A stretch of DNA of 64,000 nt, taken from assembly GCA_001791305.1 (NCBI GenBank), contig MGEI01000004.1, positions 61,101-125,100 of the forward strand, written 5' to 3'. The stretch is from Candidatus Uhrbacteria bacterium RIFCSPLOWO2_01_FULL_47_17 (GTDB taxonomy: Bacteria > Patescibacteriota > Patescibacteriia > UBA9934 > GWF2-40-263). Below, piece by piece: positions 28,135-37,520 of the stretch. How positions within the stretch are numbered: position 1 is the stretch's first letter; every line of letters starts with the position of its first letter. The translations under genes and the position numbers were made by a program. The notes under the pieces were generated by a model that was not told the DNA's origin, ran no database searches, and worked only from the letters and a program-made list of their open reading frames with translations.

Positions 28135-29934
28135 TTATGCAACTCCGTGTTTCTTGCGTTCAAACTCTTTCAAATATTTTTTGCGGATACGAACCGTCTT
28201 TGGTGTTACCTCGACCAATTCGTCGTTGTCGATGTACTCAAGAGCGCGCTCGAGCGTCATGTCGAGTGCTGGTGTTAATTTCACGGCCATGTCTGCTCCG
28301 GCGGAGCGCATGTTGGTGAGTTTCTTTTCGCGGATGGCGTTTACCACTATGTTGTCCTTCATGGACATTCCAATCACCATTCCTTCATACACTTCTGCTC
28401 CTGCTCCAACGAAGAGAACTCCGCGAGCTTCAAGGCCTTCAAGAGCGTAAGGAGTTGTAATGCCATCAAATCCATTAATGATGGATCCTGTTGAGCGGCG
28501 TTCGATCTCACCTTTGTATTCGCCATAGTGTGCGAATTGGTGAGAGAGCGTTCCTTCGCCTTTTGTACTTGTAACGAATTCAGATTGATATCCGAGGAGT
28601 CCACGTGTTGGAATATGGTATTCAAGACGTGTGTTTCCGTTTTCGGATTGCATGTTTAACATTTCACCGCGGCGTTTTCCGAGTTGTTCAATAACAATTC
28701 CCGCGAGTTGGTCTGGAACATCCACAACCACAATCTCGATCGGTTCTTGTTTTTGTCCGTTTACTTCTTGGAAAATAACGCGTGGTTGAGAAACTTGAAG
28801 TTCAAATCCTTCGCGACGCATCTGCTCGATCAAAATCGACAAGTGCATTTCTCCACGACCACTGACCGTAAAGACGTCCGCCGTGTCCGAGAATTCAATT
28901 TTCATTCCGACGTTGACTTCGAGTTCTTTCAAGAGTCTTTCTCGAATTTGTCTCGAGGTAACTAATTTTCCTTCGCGTCCAGCAAACGGTGAGTTGTTCA
29001 CCATGAAGTCCATTTTCAAGGTAGGCGCATCGATGGCAATACTCGGCAACGGTTCTGCAGTTGCGCTTTCGGCGATAGTGTCCCCAACGTAAATGTCTGG
29101 GATTCCCGCAATCTGCACAATGTCTCCCGCTTCTGCCTCTTGGACTTCAATCTTGTTCAATCCTTTGTTGGTAAGAAGTTTTGTAATTTTATTTGTCTTG
29201 CGTGTTCCGTCTGGCGTAATAACCGTAACGGTCATTCCAGCGCGAACCGTTCCTTCGTAGATGCGTCCAACCGCGAGGCGGCCGATGTAAGAATCATACG
29301 CGAGGTTTGCGGGTTGCATGCGCATGGGAACAGATGTGTTGTTTTGTGCTGGGGGAACCGTTTTCAAAATGAGATCAAAAAGAGGTTGAAGATCTTTGGA
29401 TTCGTCCGTAAGTTCCATCTTTGCAATCCCTTCACGGGCAATCGCGTAAATATGTTTGAAGTCGAGTTGCTCATCGGTGGCTCCGAGTTCGACGAAGAGA
29501 TCGAAAATCATGTTGAGCACAACATCTGGACGCGCCGATGGTTTGTCGATTTTGTTGATGACAACAATCGGCTTGAGTCCGAGCGCGAGCGACTTGCGAA
29601 GCACGAACTTGGTTTGCGGCATTGGGCCTTCATAGGCGTCAACGAGAAGCAAAACAGAGTCCACCATGCGCAGAACGCGTTCCACCTCTGAACCAAAGTC
29701 TGCGTGGCCTGGAGTGTCCACAATGTTGATTTTTGTGTCGCCAATTTGAATGGCGGTATTTTTTGCGTAAATGGTAATTCCACGCTCTTTTTCAAGTTCG
29801 TTTGAATCCATCACACAAACCTCAATAACGTCACGTTCATTGAACGTTCCGGATTGTTTGAGCATGGCGTCCACAAGCGTGGTCTTACCGTGGTCAACGT
29901 GAGCGATAATCGCAATGTTTCGAAAGTCTTTCAT
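28135..29934 (-). CDS. typA: Translational GTPase TypA/BipA
   Basis: [30 protein letters not shown]. Confidence 0.97.
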   Translation of the reverse strand: MKDFRNIAIIAHVDHGKTTLVDAMLKQSGTFNERDVIEVCVMDSNELEKERGITIYAKNTAIQIGDTKINIVDTPGHADFGSEVERVLRMVDSVLLLVDAYEGPMPQTKFVLRKSLALGLKPIVVINKIDKPSARPDVVLNMIFDLFVELGATDEQLDFKHIYAIAREGIAKMELTDESKDLQPLFDLILKTVPPAQNNTSVPMRMQPANLAYDSYIGRLAVGRIYEGTVRAGMTVTVITPDGTRKTNKITKLLTNKGLNKIEVQEAEAGDIVQIAGIPDIYVGDTIAESATAEPLPSIAIDAPTLKMDFMVNNSPFAGREGKLVTSRQIRERLLKELEVNVGMKIEFSDTADVFTVSGRGEMHLSILIEQMRREGFELQVSQPRVIFQEVNGQKQEPIEIVVVDVPDQLAGIVIEQLGKRRGEMLNMQSENGNTRLEYHIPTRGLLGYQSEFVTSTKGEGTLSHQFAHYGEYKGEIERRSTGSIINGFDGITTPYALEGLEARGVLFVGAGAEVYEGMVIGMSMKDNIVVNAIREKKLTNMRSAGADMAVKLTPALDMTLERALEYIDNDELVEVTPKTVRIRKKYLKEFERKKHGVA

Positions 29935-29999
29935 AGTGGCGAAAGGATACCCAAAAAAAGAGGCACTGTCAATGGGACAACGCCTCTTTTCCGTTCTGA

Positions 30000-30791
30000 T
30001 CAATTTTTTGCGAGCACGGCAGGTTCTTCTGTTTTTTCCGATTTCTTTTCTTGTGCCTCAAGACGGCGTTTAATTTCCTCTTGTGTCATACCTGCGAGAG
30101 CGTAGGCGCGTGCAAGGTTGATGCGCTCAATGTATTGTTTGAGTTTGTCTTGAAGTTCCATAAGGTCTCCCGCAACAACGATGGGCGGAATAAACGCTTG
30201 AACATCAGGATCTGGAATCATTTCAACGGTTTCATTTTCTGGATGGAAGACGAGCGCAAGAAAAGAAGCCCACTCTTCATCAGATATCGTGTCAATGTTT
30301 ACGTTAAATGCGGGGTTCTCTTCTGTTCCTGTATTCTCAGACGTTAGACCGAATATATCTGATGGAATGTCCTCATCAAGACCAGAGTGTCTGCGTCTGT
30401 CTGTGCACTTGAGATGTAACTTGCTAAATAGATCAACGACGTACGCTTTTGCGTTATCCAACTTGAGATACGGATTTATTTTTGGACGTTCAGCAACCTC
30501 TGGAGGTTTTTCGGGAAGGCCTTTGAGGATTGGGAGATCAAGTTGTTTCGGAAGATCCTCAATTTCACGTGCCGCGCGCGCCATGTCTGTTTCCGGTGTT
30601 GCGTGTGCCTCATCGACCTGTTCGTCCGGTGTTTTCTCGAGAGAGCTCGAGTCTCTTGTAGGTTCTTCGGAAATTTCCTCAGATGGTTTCACGATTGCCA
30701 CCGGAGCCTCCTCATTCGAGACCATTCTTTCCATCCCAAACAAACCCGCCGCGGCAAGTCCCAATTTCGTAAGTGTGTGTTTATAGCTCAT
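30000..30791 (-). CDS. Hypothetical acidic protein with N-terminal hydrophobic segment
   Basis: Start MSYKHT; upstream part of the track ORF overlaps the next gene. Confidence 0.6.
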   Translation of the reverse strand: MSYKHTLTKLGLAAAGLFGMERMVSNEEAPVAIVKPSEEISEEPTRDSSSLEKTPDEQVDEAHATPETDMARAAREIEDLPKQLDLPILKGLPEKPPEVAERPKINPYLKLDNAKAYVVDLFSKLHLKCTDRRRHSGLDEDIPSDIFGLTSENTGTEENPAFNVNIDTISDEEWASFLALVFHPENETVEMIPDPDVQAFIPPIVVAGDLMELQDKLKQYIERINLARAYALAGMTQEEIKRRLEAQEKKSEKTEEPAVLAKN

Positions 30792-30832
30792 ATGGAAGTA
30801 GTGTAGCAGGGGAATGGAAAATAAAAAACCGC

Positions 30833-31462
30833 CTAGTTTCTGGCGGTTGAGTCTTCGGGAAAGAATTGTTTGTAGATGACCTGCGCGGTAATGAGCTGTT
30901 CCACGAGGCTGCCGTGAATGAACATGGGGTGTTGGTTGAAGCGATCGTATCGCGGAAGTGTCTTCATGGTTCCGACGATGATTTCGTAGCCGTTTTCTCT
31001 CATCCAATCTTCCCAGATCAGAATTTCTGCGGCTTGGTCTTGTGTGCGTACGTGCGCGAGGGTCGCTTCGCCTTCCGGCGTAATATAGAGAAGGAGCGCG
31101 GCGTCTCGTTCGCGCTCTTCAAGCGATTGGGTGCGAGCGTAAATACGACCTTGCTCAAGTGGAACCGTGGTTCCGGGTTTCGTGATGTCGCGGACGTTTT
31201 TGAGGAGGGCAAATTGTTCTTCAATCAAGCCTGCGCCGATTCCGTGAACCAATTGTGGTTCGTTTCGAGATTGGGTGTCGATCATCTCCGCCATGAAGAG
31301 CTTCGCAAGACGAAGTTCATCTTTGAAAGAGAGTCGCCAATCGCGCGCAATGAGAGCGATTTGTTCGGCGCTCCAGCAAAAAATGCCGTGCAGGGTGTCT
31401 TTTCGATCTTTTCCGAGCAAGAATGTTCCCATCGGATAAACATGCGCATTCACGAGTTGCAT
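30833..31462 (-). CDS. Hypothetical protein, paralog of 34073-34711
   Basis: GAGGAGG SD; FCWSAEQI motif. Confidence 0.7.
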   Translation of the reverse strand: MQLVNAHVYPMGTFLLGKDRKDTLHGIFCWSAEQIALIARDWRLSFKDELRLAKLFMAEMIDTQSRNEPQLVHGIGAGLIEEQFALLKNVRDITKPGTTVPLEQGRIYARTQSLEERERDAALLLYITPEGEATLAHVRTQDQAAEILIWEDWMRENGYEIIVGTMKTLPRYDRFNQHPMFIHGSLVEQLITAQVIYKQFFPEDSTARN

Positions 31463-31546
31463 ACGGCCTCCTCGAGTCGGTAAACAGACGTTATCAGATT
31501 GGTGGAGCGTGTCAAAAAGAAAAAACCGCTCACGTGGGTGAGGCGG

Positions 31547-32131
31547 TTAAGGGGAGTCGAGCGAGGCGAGGGTGATGCGCGCGCGCTTGAGCTTGTTGCG
31601 CACGGAGCGAAGCGTGAGGTCTGCGTCGCGGATGTCGCGCAGGCAGTCAGCAATGAGGACGTTTTCGTAATGCAGGCGAATGCCCGGCATGATGTTTGGT
31701 TTCATGAGCGTGAGGCGATATGCGCTAAGACGATTTCGAATGGCTGCAACGTGACGCTTGTTCGATACGATCGCCTGTTCAAGATCCGCAACATATTGCG
31801 TGCAAAATTCCAGATTCATTCGACGAGCCGCGCTCGACACTTCTTTTTGCGTGGGGAGGGCGAAGGTGAGTTCGACTTGCGTAACGCCATGAGTGATTTC
31901 GTACCGATCCGTCAGTTGCTTGACCATCTGACCCACATCAACACCAGAACGAAATCGACCGATCGCCGCGTTTTCGAGCATGGCAAGGTTCAGGATCAAT
32001 CGATCGCTTTTCCCACCGTTCCACAAGCGTAGATCAAAATCCGCAGGGTGAATGTGCGCCACAAGAAACTGATGCCCCCTCTTGCCACCACGATTCGGAG
32101 CCTGCACAACCAGAACCATGTTTTCTGACAT
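31547..32131 (-). CDS. Hypothetical protein with C-terminal coiled coil
   Basis: GGGAGG SD before MSENMV; own promoter and terminator. Confidence 0.65.
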   Translation of the reverse strand: MSENMVLVVQAPNRGGKRGHQFLVAHIHPADFDLRLWNGGKSDRLILNLAMLENAAIGRFRSGVDVGQMVKQLTDRYEITHGVTQVELTFALPTQKEVSSAARRMNLEFCTQYVADLEQAIVSNKRHVAAIRNRLSAYRLTLMKPNIMPGIRLHYENVLIADCLRDIRDADLTLRSVRNKLKRARITLASLDSP

Positions 32132-32243
32132 GTCCGCACCTCCCATGAAAGAACGAGACACAAAAGAGTACCGCAAAAAACCGAATCTGTCAATCGGTAG
32201 CGAAAGAAAAAACCGCTCACGAGTGTGAGACGGTTGAAAAAAG

Positions 32244-32317
32244 TACGCCTTGAGGGAATTGAACCCACGACCAACAGATTAAAAGTCTGCTGCTCTACCA
32301 AACTGAGCTAAAGGCGC
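32244..32317 (-). tRNA. tRNA-Lys(TTT)
   Basis: gcaga-ct-TTT-aa-tctgt; CCA not encoded. Confidence 0.9.
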
Positions 32318-32342
32318 GACTGTCGAGCGTGTCTCGACACGG

Positions 32343-32415
32343 AGCTGGCGAAGGGAGTTGAACCCGCAACCTGCTGATTACAAATCAGCTGCTCTGCCAA
32401 TTGAGCTACACCAGC
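32343..32415 (-). tRNA. tRNA-Thr(TGT), second divergent copy
   Basis: gctga-tt-TGT-aa-tcagc; CCA not encoded. Confidence 0.88.
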
Positions 32416-32516
32416 GGCGTCATCCAAGTTGAATGACCGAATAAGATACTCGTTTTTTAGGATTTTGTCAAGCTTTTGGTTGTGGAGGTAAAAAAACCGC
32501 TCACGAGGGAGACGGT

Positions 32517-33245
32517 TTAGGAACGGAAAATTTGCTTGATGACGATGTGGTGAGAGGCAACAAAGTTTCGACCTGGGTTCAGGGCTTCTTGGAACCAGAG
32601 GACGTCCAGGAATTCGTGTCGCGTCAGGATCACGCCAACGGACTCTGCTGTGTCTCCTTGGTAGGCAACGCTTTTCACAAATCGATCGAACAGATCGTTT
32701 GGGAGGCTGAGCACAAAGATCGAGCACACGTACGTTTCGGGCCACTGGATGGAATAGAGCGTGAGGTCATCGATGTGTTTCAGTCCATGAAGACATTTTG
32801 CGACTTCATGATGACGGATCTCTTCCAAGAGTTCGCGGTAGGCGGCGGGCAAAACGTCTTCGCCAACATGGGGAGATCCACCAAAGAGGGAATACTTTCC
32901 TTGGCATTCCGTATTCGGATGCTTCAAGTCTTTGCGTTGCAAAAGCATGGCCGAACGATCTTCATTGCAAATGACGATCGTAACCGCACGCGCGTGGTCG
33001 TCTGGTGCGTTTCCGAACTTCATCCAAGACTCAACAGCCAGACGAACTTCCTGAGAAACTTCGTCTAAGACCATGCAGTTTACGAGCGCGGTTTCAAGAG
33101 CACCGCAGTACAAGCGATTCTGCTCGGATCTGAGTTCGAGTCCGGCACAGTCTGTTGGATCAAGATCAAGCACGCGAAACACCCAAGCGTTGGGTGGTTC
33201 TTTCTCGTGCGACTTTTGTTCACCGAGTTCTAAGATGCGACGCAT
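32517..33245 (-). CDS. NUDIX hydrolase
   Basis: FGG...GEDVLPAAYRELLEE Nudix box; AGGAGG SD. Confidence 0.82.
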   Translation of the reverse strand: MRRILELGEQKSHEKEPPNAWVFRVLDLDPTDCAGLELRSEQNRLYCGALETALVNCMVLDEVSQEVRLAVESWMKFGNAPDDHARAVTIVICNEDRSAMLLQRKDLKHPNTECQGKYSLFGGSPHVGEDVLPAAYRELLEEIRHHEVAKCLHGLKHIDDLTLYSIQWPETYVCSIFVLSLPNDLFDRFVKSVAYQGDTAESVGVILTRHEFLDVLWFQEALNPGRNFVASHHIVIKQIFRS

Positions 33246-33358
33246 GTCGATGTCCTCCTGTTTGTGATCGACAAGGGATTTAAACAGCAAAACGGTTTTG
33301 TGTCAACGAAAAACACCCAGGCTTTTTGAGCGAGGATGTTGGAAGAAGGGTTGATCGA

Positions 33359-33679
33359 TCAGAGGACGTATGTGTCTTCGAACGATGCGTGTACCGCGTG
33401 CAGGGTGGTTGAACCCGGCAGGCTGTATGTGATGACGTAGACGGTCACGAGATGTCGACCGTTTTGTTCGCCATGCACGGACACGCGCGCTTCGACGAGG
33501 CAGACGCCGTTGATCACGACGTAGTACACGGTGCGGTCGCCCGACATGCGTGTTCCGTCCGTGATCGCGTACTCGAGTCCGTCGAGACGCTCGAGGCTCG
33601 GAATGACGTGCTCGCTCACCTGTGCCTTGAGGGCGCGGAGGGCGAGCTGCTGCAAGCGGCTGAAACCAGATTCGGACAT
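33359..33679 (-). CDS. Hypothetical protein
   Basis: AAGGAG SD; GC3-rich. Confidence 0.65.
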   Translation of the reverse strand: MSESGFSRLQQLALRALKAQVSEHVIPSLERLDGLEYAITDGTRMSGDRTVYYVVINGVCLVEARVSVHGEQNGRHLVTVYVITYSLPGSTTLHAVHASFEDTYVL

Positions 33680-33726
33680 GTGACTCTCCTTGTGGGGTGC
33701 GCTGTTGTGGAAGAACTAGTTCCTTA

Positions 33727-33900
33727 CTAGCTCTTCGGGATCAGGAAACCGGAAACGCGGCCGAGAGTGCTGCCGATCGTGCTTACGCGTTCTTGCAGAC
33801 CTTCGGACGCGAGAGCGACGAAGGCGCTGAGGATTGCGAGGAAGCCGACCGAGAGGACGACCGTCAGGATGATCCAGGCGATTTGGTATGCCGTACGCAT
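33727..33900 (-). CDS. Small single-TM protein
   Basis: GGAGG SD before MRTAYQ; own TTGACA..TATTAT promoter. Confidence 0.6.
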   Translation of the reverse strand: MRTAYQIAWIILTVVLSVGFLAILSAFVALASEGLQERVSTIGSTLGRVSGFLIPKS

Positions 33901-33992
33901 GAATTTGCCTCCAAATGGATGAGTTGGGAAAGAAACGGAACCATGAATTAACCAACAATAATAGCACAAAAAGGCGATTTTGTCAACCTCTG

Positions 33993-34023
33993 CACCCATC
34001 CGTCGCTAAAGCTATGGAGGGTG
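33993..34023. repeat. CPR-type palindromic repeat
   Basis: cacccatccgtcgctaaagctatggagggtg. Confidence 0.5.
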
Positions 34024-34072
34024 ATTCATCGGGGCGATGAATCAAAAAACAGCCATTTTGTGGCTGTTGAGC

Positions 34073-34711
34073 TTAGGAGGCTTCGGATGTAAGAATCGCG
34101 TGGACAATGATTCCTGCAATGAGAAGCTTGATGATATCGCCTTGAACGAGTGTTGGAACATCAAGGTCGTCGTCACCCATGACTGGCAGATGCTGAAGGA
34201 AACTTTGCCATGTGGTGCGTTGATCGTCACCGATCCAGGAGAAAGAAAGAACCGTGAGGCCTTGAAGTTGATTGCGTATAATCACCATGTTTGGTGTTCC
34301 ATTCGGGTCCGTGTAGTACATGATCGCGTTTTGATGTGCTTTGTCGGAAGCATCAATGAAACAGCCGACGATACGCGCGGGCGGAGGGGGTGGAAGCTCC
34401 GTGAGCTGTTTTCCCGCTCCGATTTCAAACAGATTCGTGATGACCTCGAATTGTTGTGCGATTTTACCCGCGACGGTTCCTTCGATGAAGATCGGTTGAC
34501 GCGTATGCGTTTTTGGAATCACGGCATATTGAGGATCGCACAAATCCACCGCGATTCTTGTTGTTTGTTGAACGGGTATGGACCATGTCTCCATTGCGCG
34601 ACAAATTTGATCGCCGCTCCAGCAGAAGGCACCGGCCCAACGCTTGGTGGTTTGATCAAACGCAGCAAGATACGAGCCGGCAGAATGAACAAAGATGGCT
34701 TTCAGTTCCAA
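34073..34711 (-). CDS. Hypothetical protein, paralog of 30833-31462
   Basis: GGAGGTG SD with TTG start; FCWSGDQI motif. Confidence 0.7.
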   Translation of the reverse strand: MELKAIFVHSAGSYLAAFDQTTKRWAGAFCWSGDQICRAMETWSIPVQQTTRIAVDLCDPQYAVIPKTHTRQPIFIEGTVAGKIAQQFEVITNLFEIGAGKQLTELPPPPPARIVGCFIDASDKAHQNAIMYYTDPNGTPNMVIIRNQLQGLTVLSFSWIGDDQRTTWQSFLQHLPVMGDDDLDVPTLVQGDIIKLLIAGIIVHAILTSEAS

Positions 34712-34817
34712 GATTCACCTCCCCGAATGAACGAAGAACAAAGAATAAGACAAATGTTGAAAATCGTCAATAACAAAACACCTCGCCCATGAGCAAGGTG
34801 TTTATTTTTTGTGAGGA

Positions 34818-35081
34818 TTACGCCGCCTTGTTTTCCATTGGACGTGCAATGGAAATCGCGATTGGGCGTCCTTGAAAATCTTTTCCATCCAAGCCGGCAA
34901 TGACTGCCAAAGCTTCTTCGTCAGAAGACATTTCCACAAAGCCGAATCCGCGACTCTTGCCTGTGAATTTATCTGTGATAATACGAGCTGAAACGACTGT
35001 TCCGAATTCGCCGAATGCGGCACGAAGGTCATCTTCCGTTGTTTTCCAAGGAATGCTACCCACGAAAAGCTTGTTGTTCAT
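34818..35081 (-). CDS. RRM RNA-binding protein
   Basis: KLFVGSI (RNP2), RGFGFVEM (RNP1). Confidence 0.93.
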   Translation of the reverse strand: MNNKLFVGSIPWKTTEDDLRAAFGEFGTVVSARIITDKFTGKSRGFGFVEMSSDEEALAVIAGLDGKDFQGRPIAISIARPMENKAA

Positions 35082-35248
35082 AATAGAAACAAGACACAAT
35101 AATTAAGGCACCGTCCTATTGTGACTAACAGGGCTGGTAAGGAATAGAATGCCACAGATAAAAGAGAGGTGCAAGGCGCATGGTTTTGTCCACAGGTCTT
35201 GCAGATGTGATGCGCTATAATGTTCGCGGTCCATTGGCTGGAGGTTTC

Positions 35249-35854
35249 ATGCGTTCGATGCTTGCACCGGAACTGATCGTCATTACGGGGCCTATGTGTT
35301 CCGGGAAGACGGAAGAGTTGATTCGTTACATGCGTCAGGGTGAACATGCGAAGCTGAACATGCTTGTCGTGAAGCCGAGCGTGGATACACGCGACGGTCA
35401 AGCGCTCGCGATCAAATCGCGTAACGGTCACAATCTCGTGGCGATCGATGTTCCAAACGCGCAAGCGATTTTGGAACATGTGACGCCCGAGCATCTCTGG
35501 ATCGGCGTGGATGAAGCGCACTTTTTCGACATCGAACTGGTTGCGGTTGTGATGCAACTTGTTCGCATGGGAAAGCGCGTCATCGTTTCCGGTTTGGATC
35601 TCGACTACCGCGAAAAGCCGTTTGAGGTTCTTGCACAACTGATGGCGCTTGCCCAAGAAGTGCAGAAACTCACGGCGGTGTGTTCCAAGTGTCGCGTTCG
35701 ACACGCCTCTCGTTCTCAGCGTCTCACGGACGACACCTCCCGCATTGCGGTTGGTGACAAAGAGTATGAACCGCGTTGCTTGCAATGCTTTGTCCCTCCA
35801 AACGGAGTGGCTCATTCACAGCATTCTTCCTCGATCGACACGCTTTCTTCCTGA
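35249..35854 (+). CDS. tdk: Thymidine kinase
   Basis: GPMCSGKTEEL, VDEAHF, CxxC...YEPRCxxC. Confidence 0.93.
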   Translation: MRSMLAPELIVITGPMCSGKTEELIRYMRQGEHAKLNMLVVKPSVDTRDGQALAIKSRNGHNLVAIDVPNAQAILEHVTPEHLWIGVDEAHFFDIELVAVVMQLVRMGKRVIVSGLDLDYREKPFEVLAQLMALAQEVQKLTAVCSKCRVRHASRSQRLTDDTSRIAVGDKEYEPRCLQCFVPPNGVAHSQHSSSIDTLSS

Positions 35855-35948
35855 CCTCACATGAGGTCTTTTTTTATTCCGTCTCCATTGACAAAATGCA
35901 AAAAAACTGGTACATAACGCTCGCACATGACGTGCGAAGGAGGGCGAA

Positions 35949-36959
35949 ATGTCAGACAGACTTTCTGTTGTCGCGATCGAGGGTGATGGGATTGGCCACG
36001 AAGTGTTCAAGGCTATGCAGCGCGTCGTGGACGTAGTGATGGATCATCGCATCGATTGGATTCCGGCGCTTGCGGGTCTTGAGTGCGCAGAAGCAAACGG
36101 CGGCGATCCGTTGCCGCAAGTCACGCTCGATCTCATTCGCAAACACCGCGTCGCGATCAAAGGTCCGACGACCACGCCGAGTGGTGGTGGGTTCAAGAGT
36201 GTGAATGTTCGACTTCGTCAAGAACTCGAACTCCATTCCTGTGTGCGTCCCGCGTTGCACATTCCCGGCCTTGCGAAATCGCGACTGTGTGATCTCATGG
36301 TCGTCCGCGAGGGTGTCGAAGGGTATTACGACTGTTGGGAAGAGCGCAACAAGCACGATGTCGTCTTTGCGCATGCGCGATTCTCGAAAGCGGGATTCAT
36401 GCGGACCGTTCGACAGGCGACTCGAATCGCTCTTTCGCGTCACAAGAAACTAACACTCGTACTCAAGACCAATATCTTGAAGGAGTGGGGTGCGCTTTAC
36501 ACGGAAGCGTTCAATGAAGTCGTGGACATCGCGGTCAAATGTGATGGACTCGAAACGAATTACCTGCACATGGATGCAGCGCTCATGATGATGATCATGT
36601 ATCCGGAGCGGTTCGATGTGATCGTCACAGAGAATCTGTTCGGTGATGTGATGTCCGATGCGGCCGCAGGGCTTGTCGGCGGACTCGGTGTTGCGCCTGG
36701 TGCATGCTACGGAGACGAATATGCACTCTTCGAAGCTGTTCATGGTTCGGCTCCCGACATTGCGGGTCGCGGAATCGCGAATCCGACGGCGCTCATTCTC
36801 TCGAGCGCAATGATGCTTGAGTACGACGGCTTTCACCATGAGGCACAGCTCATCCGCGAGACCGTCCTTCGCACCATCCTCGAGGGTGATCGCACGGGCG
36901 ACATGGGCGGCACGCTCAACACGGAACAATTCACGGACGCGATTCTGCGTCGTCTCTAA
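35949..36959 (+). CDS. Isocitrate/isopropylmalate dehydrogenase family protein
   Basis: GDGIG, KGPTTTP, NLFGDVMSD, HGSAPDIAG. Confidence 0.9.
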   Translation: MSDRLSVVAIEGDGIGHEVFKAMQRVVDVVMDHRIDWIPALAGLECAEANGGDPLPQVTLDLIRKHRVAIKGPTTTPSGGGFKSVNVRLRQELELHSCVRPALHIPGLAKSRLCDLMVVREGVEGYYDCWEERNKHDVVFAHARFSKAGFMRTVRQATRIALSRHKKLTLVLKTNILKEWGALYTEAFNEVVDIAVKCDGLETNYLHMDAALMMMIMYPERFDVIVTENLFGDVMSDAAAGLVGGLGVAPGACYGDEYALFEAVHGSAPDIAGRGIANPTALILSSAMMLEYDGFHHEAQLIRETVLRTILEGDRTGDMGGTLNTEQFTDAILRRL

Positions 36960-37016
36960 CCGATTGGATTTTTCCGACCGGTTTTTTTATTGTCAATTCT
37001 GGTATAATAGAGTCCT

Positions 37017-37517
37017 ATGAAAAAACAATCCCTTGTGATTTCTCTTTCGATTGCCGTTGCTTTTGTGTTAATCGTTTTGCTTGTGTATCGAGTCAATATG
37101 TCTCGAACAACACCAACACAACAAACACAAAGCCAGCCCGTACAAACTGAACCATCACCAACCGTCTACAAAGATCTTGTTGAAATTACTTCGCCGCTTC
37201 CAGATAGTGTGATTGATCTTATGGATCCGGAGACGGTCGTAACCGTTACAGGAAAGGCGCGAGGAAACTGGTTTTTTGAAGCGTCGTTTCCTGTTGAACT
37301 TTTGAATGAAACAGGAGATGTTCTTGCGATAGGAATCGCGCAAGCTGACGGAGAATGGATGACCACAGATTATGTTCCGTTTCAAGCGAGCGTGAAGTTT
37401 AAAGCAACGATTGCACAAACGGGTTCGATCGGCGCGCTTGTTTTGAGAAAAGACAATCCATCGGGTGAACCTGCCTATGATGACGCGTTTACCGTCCCTG
37501 TTCGATTTGTTCCTTAA
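37017..37517 (+). CDS. Gmad2 Ig-like domain protein
   Basis: G.ARGNWFFEASFPV...WMT..VPF...DNPSG. Confidence 0.85.
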   Translation: MKKQSLVISLSIAVAFVLIVLLVYRVNMSRTTPTQQTQSQPVQTEPSPTVYKDLVEITSPLPDSVIDLMDPETVVTVTGKARGNWFFEASFPVELLNETGDVLAIGIAQADGEWMTTDYVPFQASVKFKATIAQTGSIGALVLRKDNPSGEPAYDDAFTVPVRFVP

Positions 37518-37520
37518 CGT

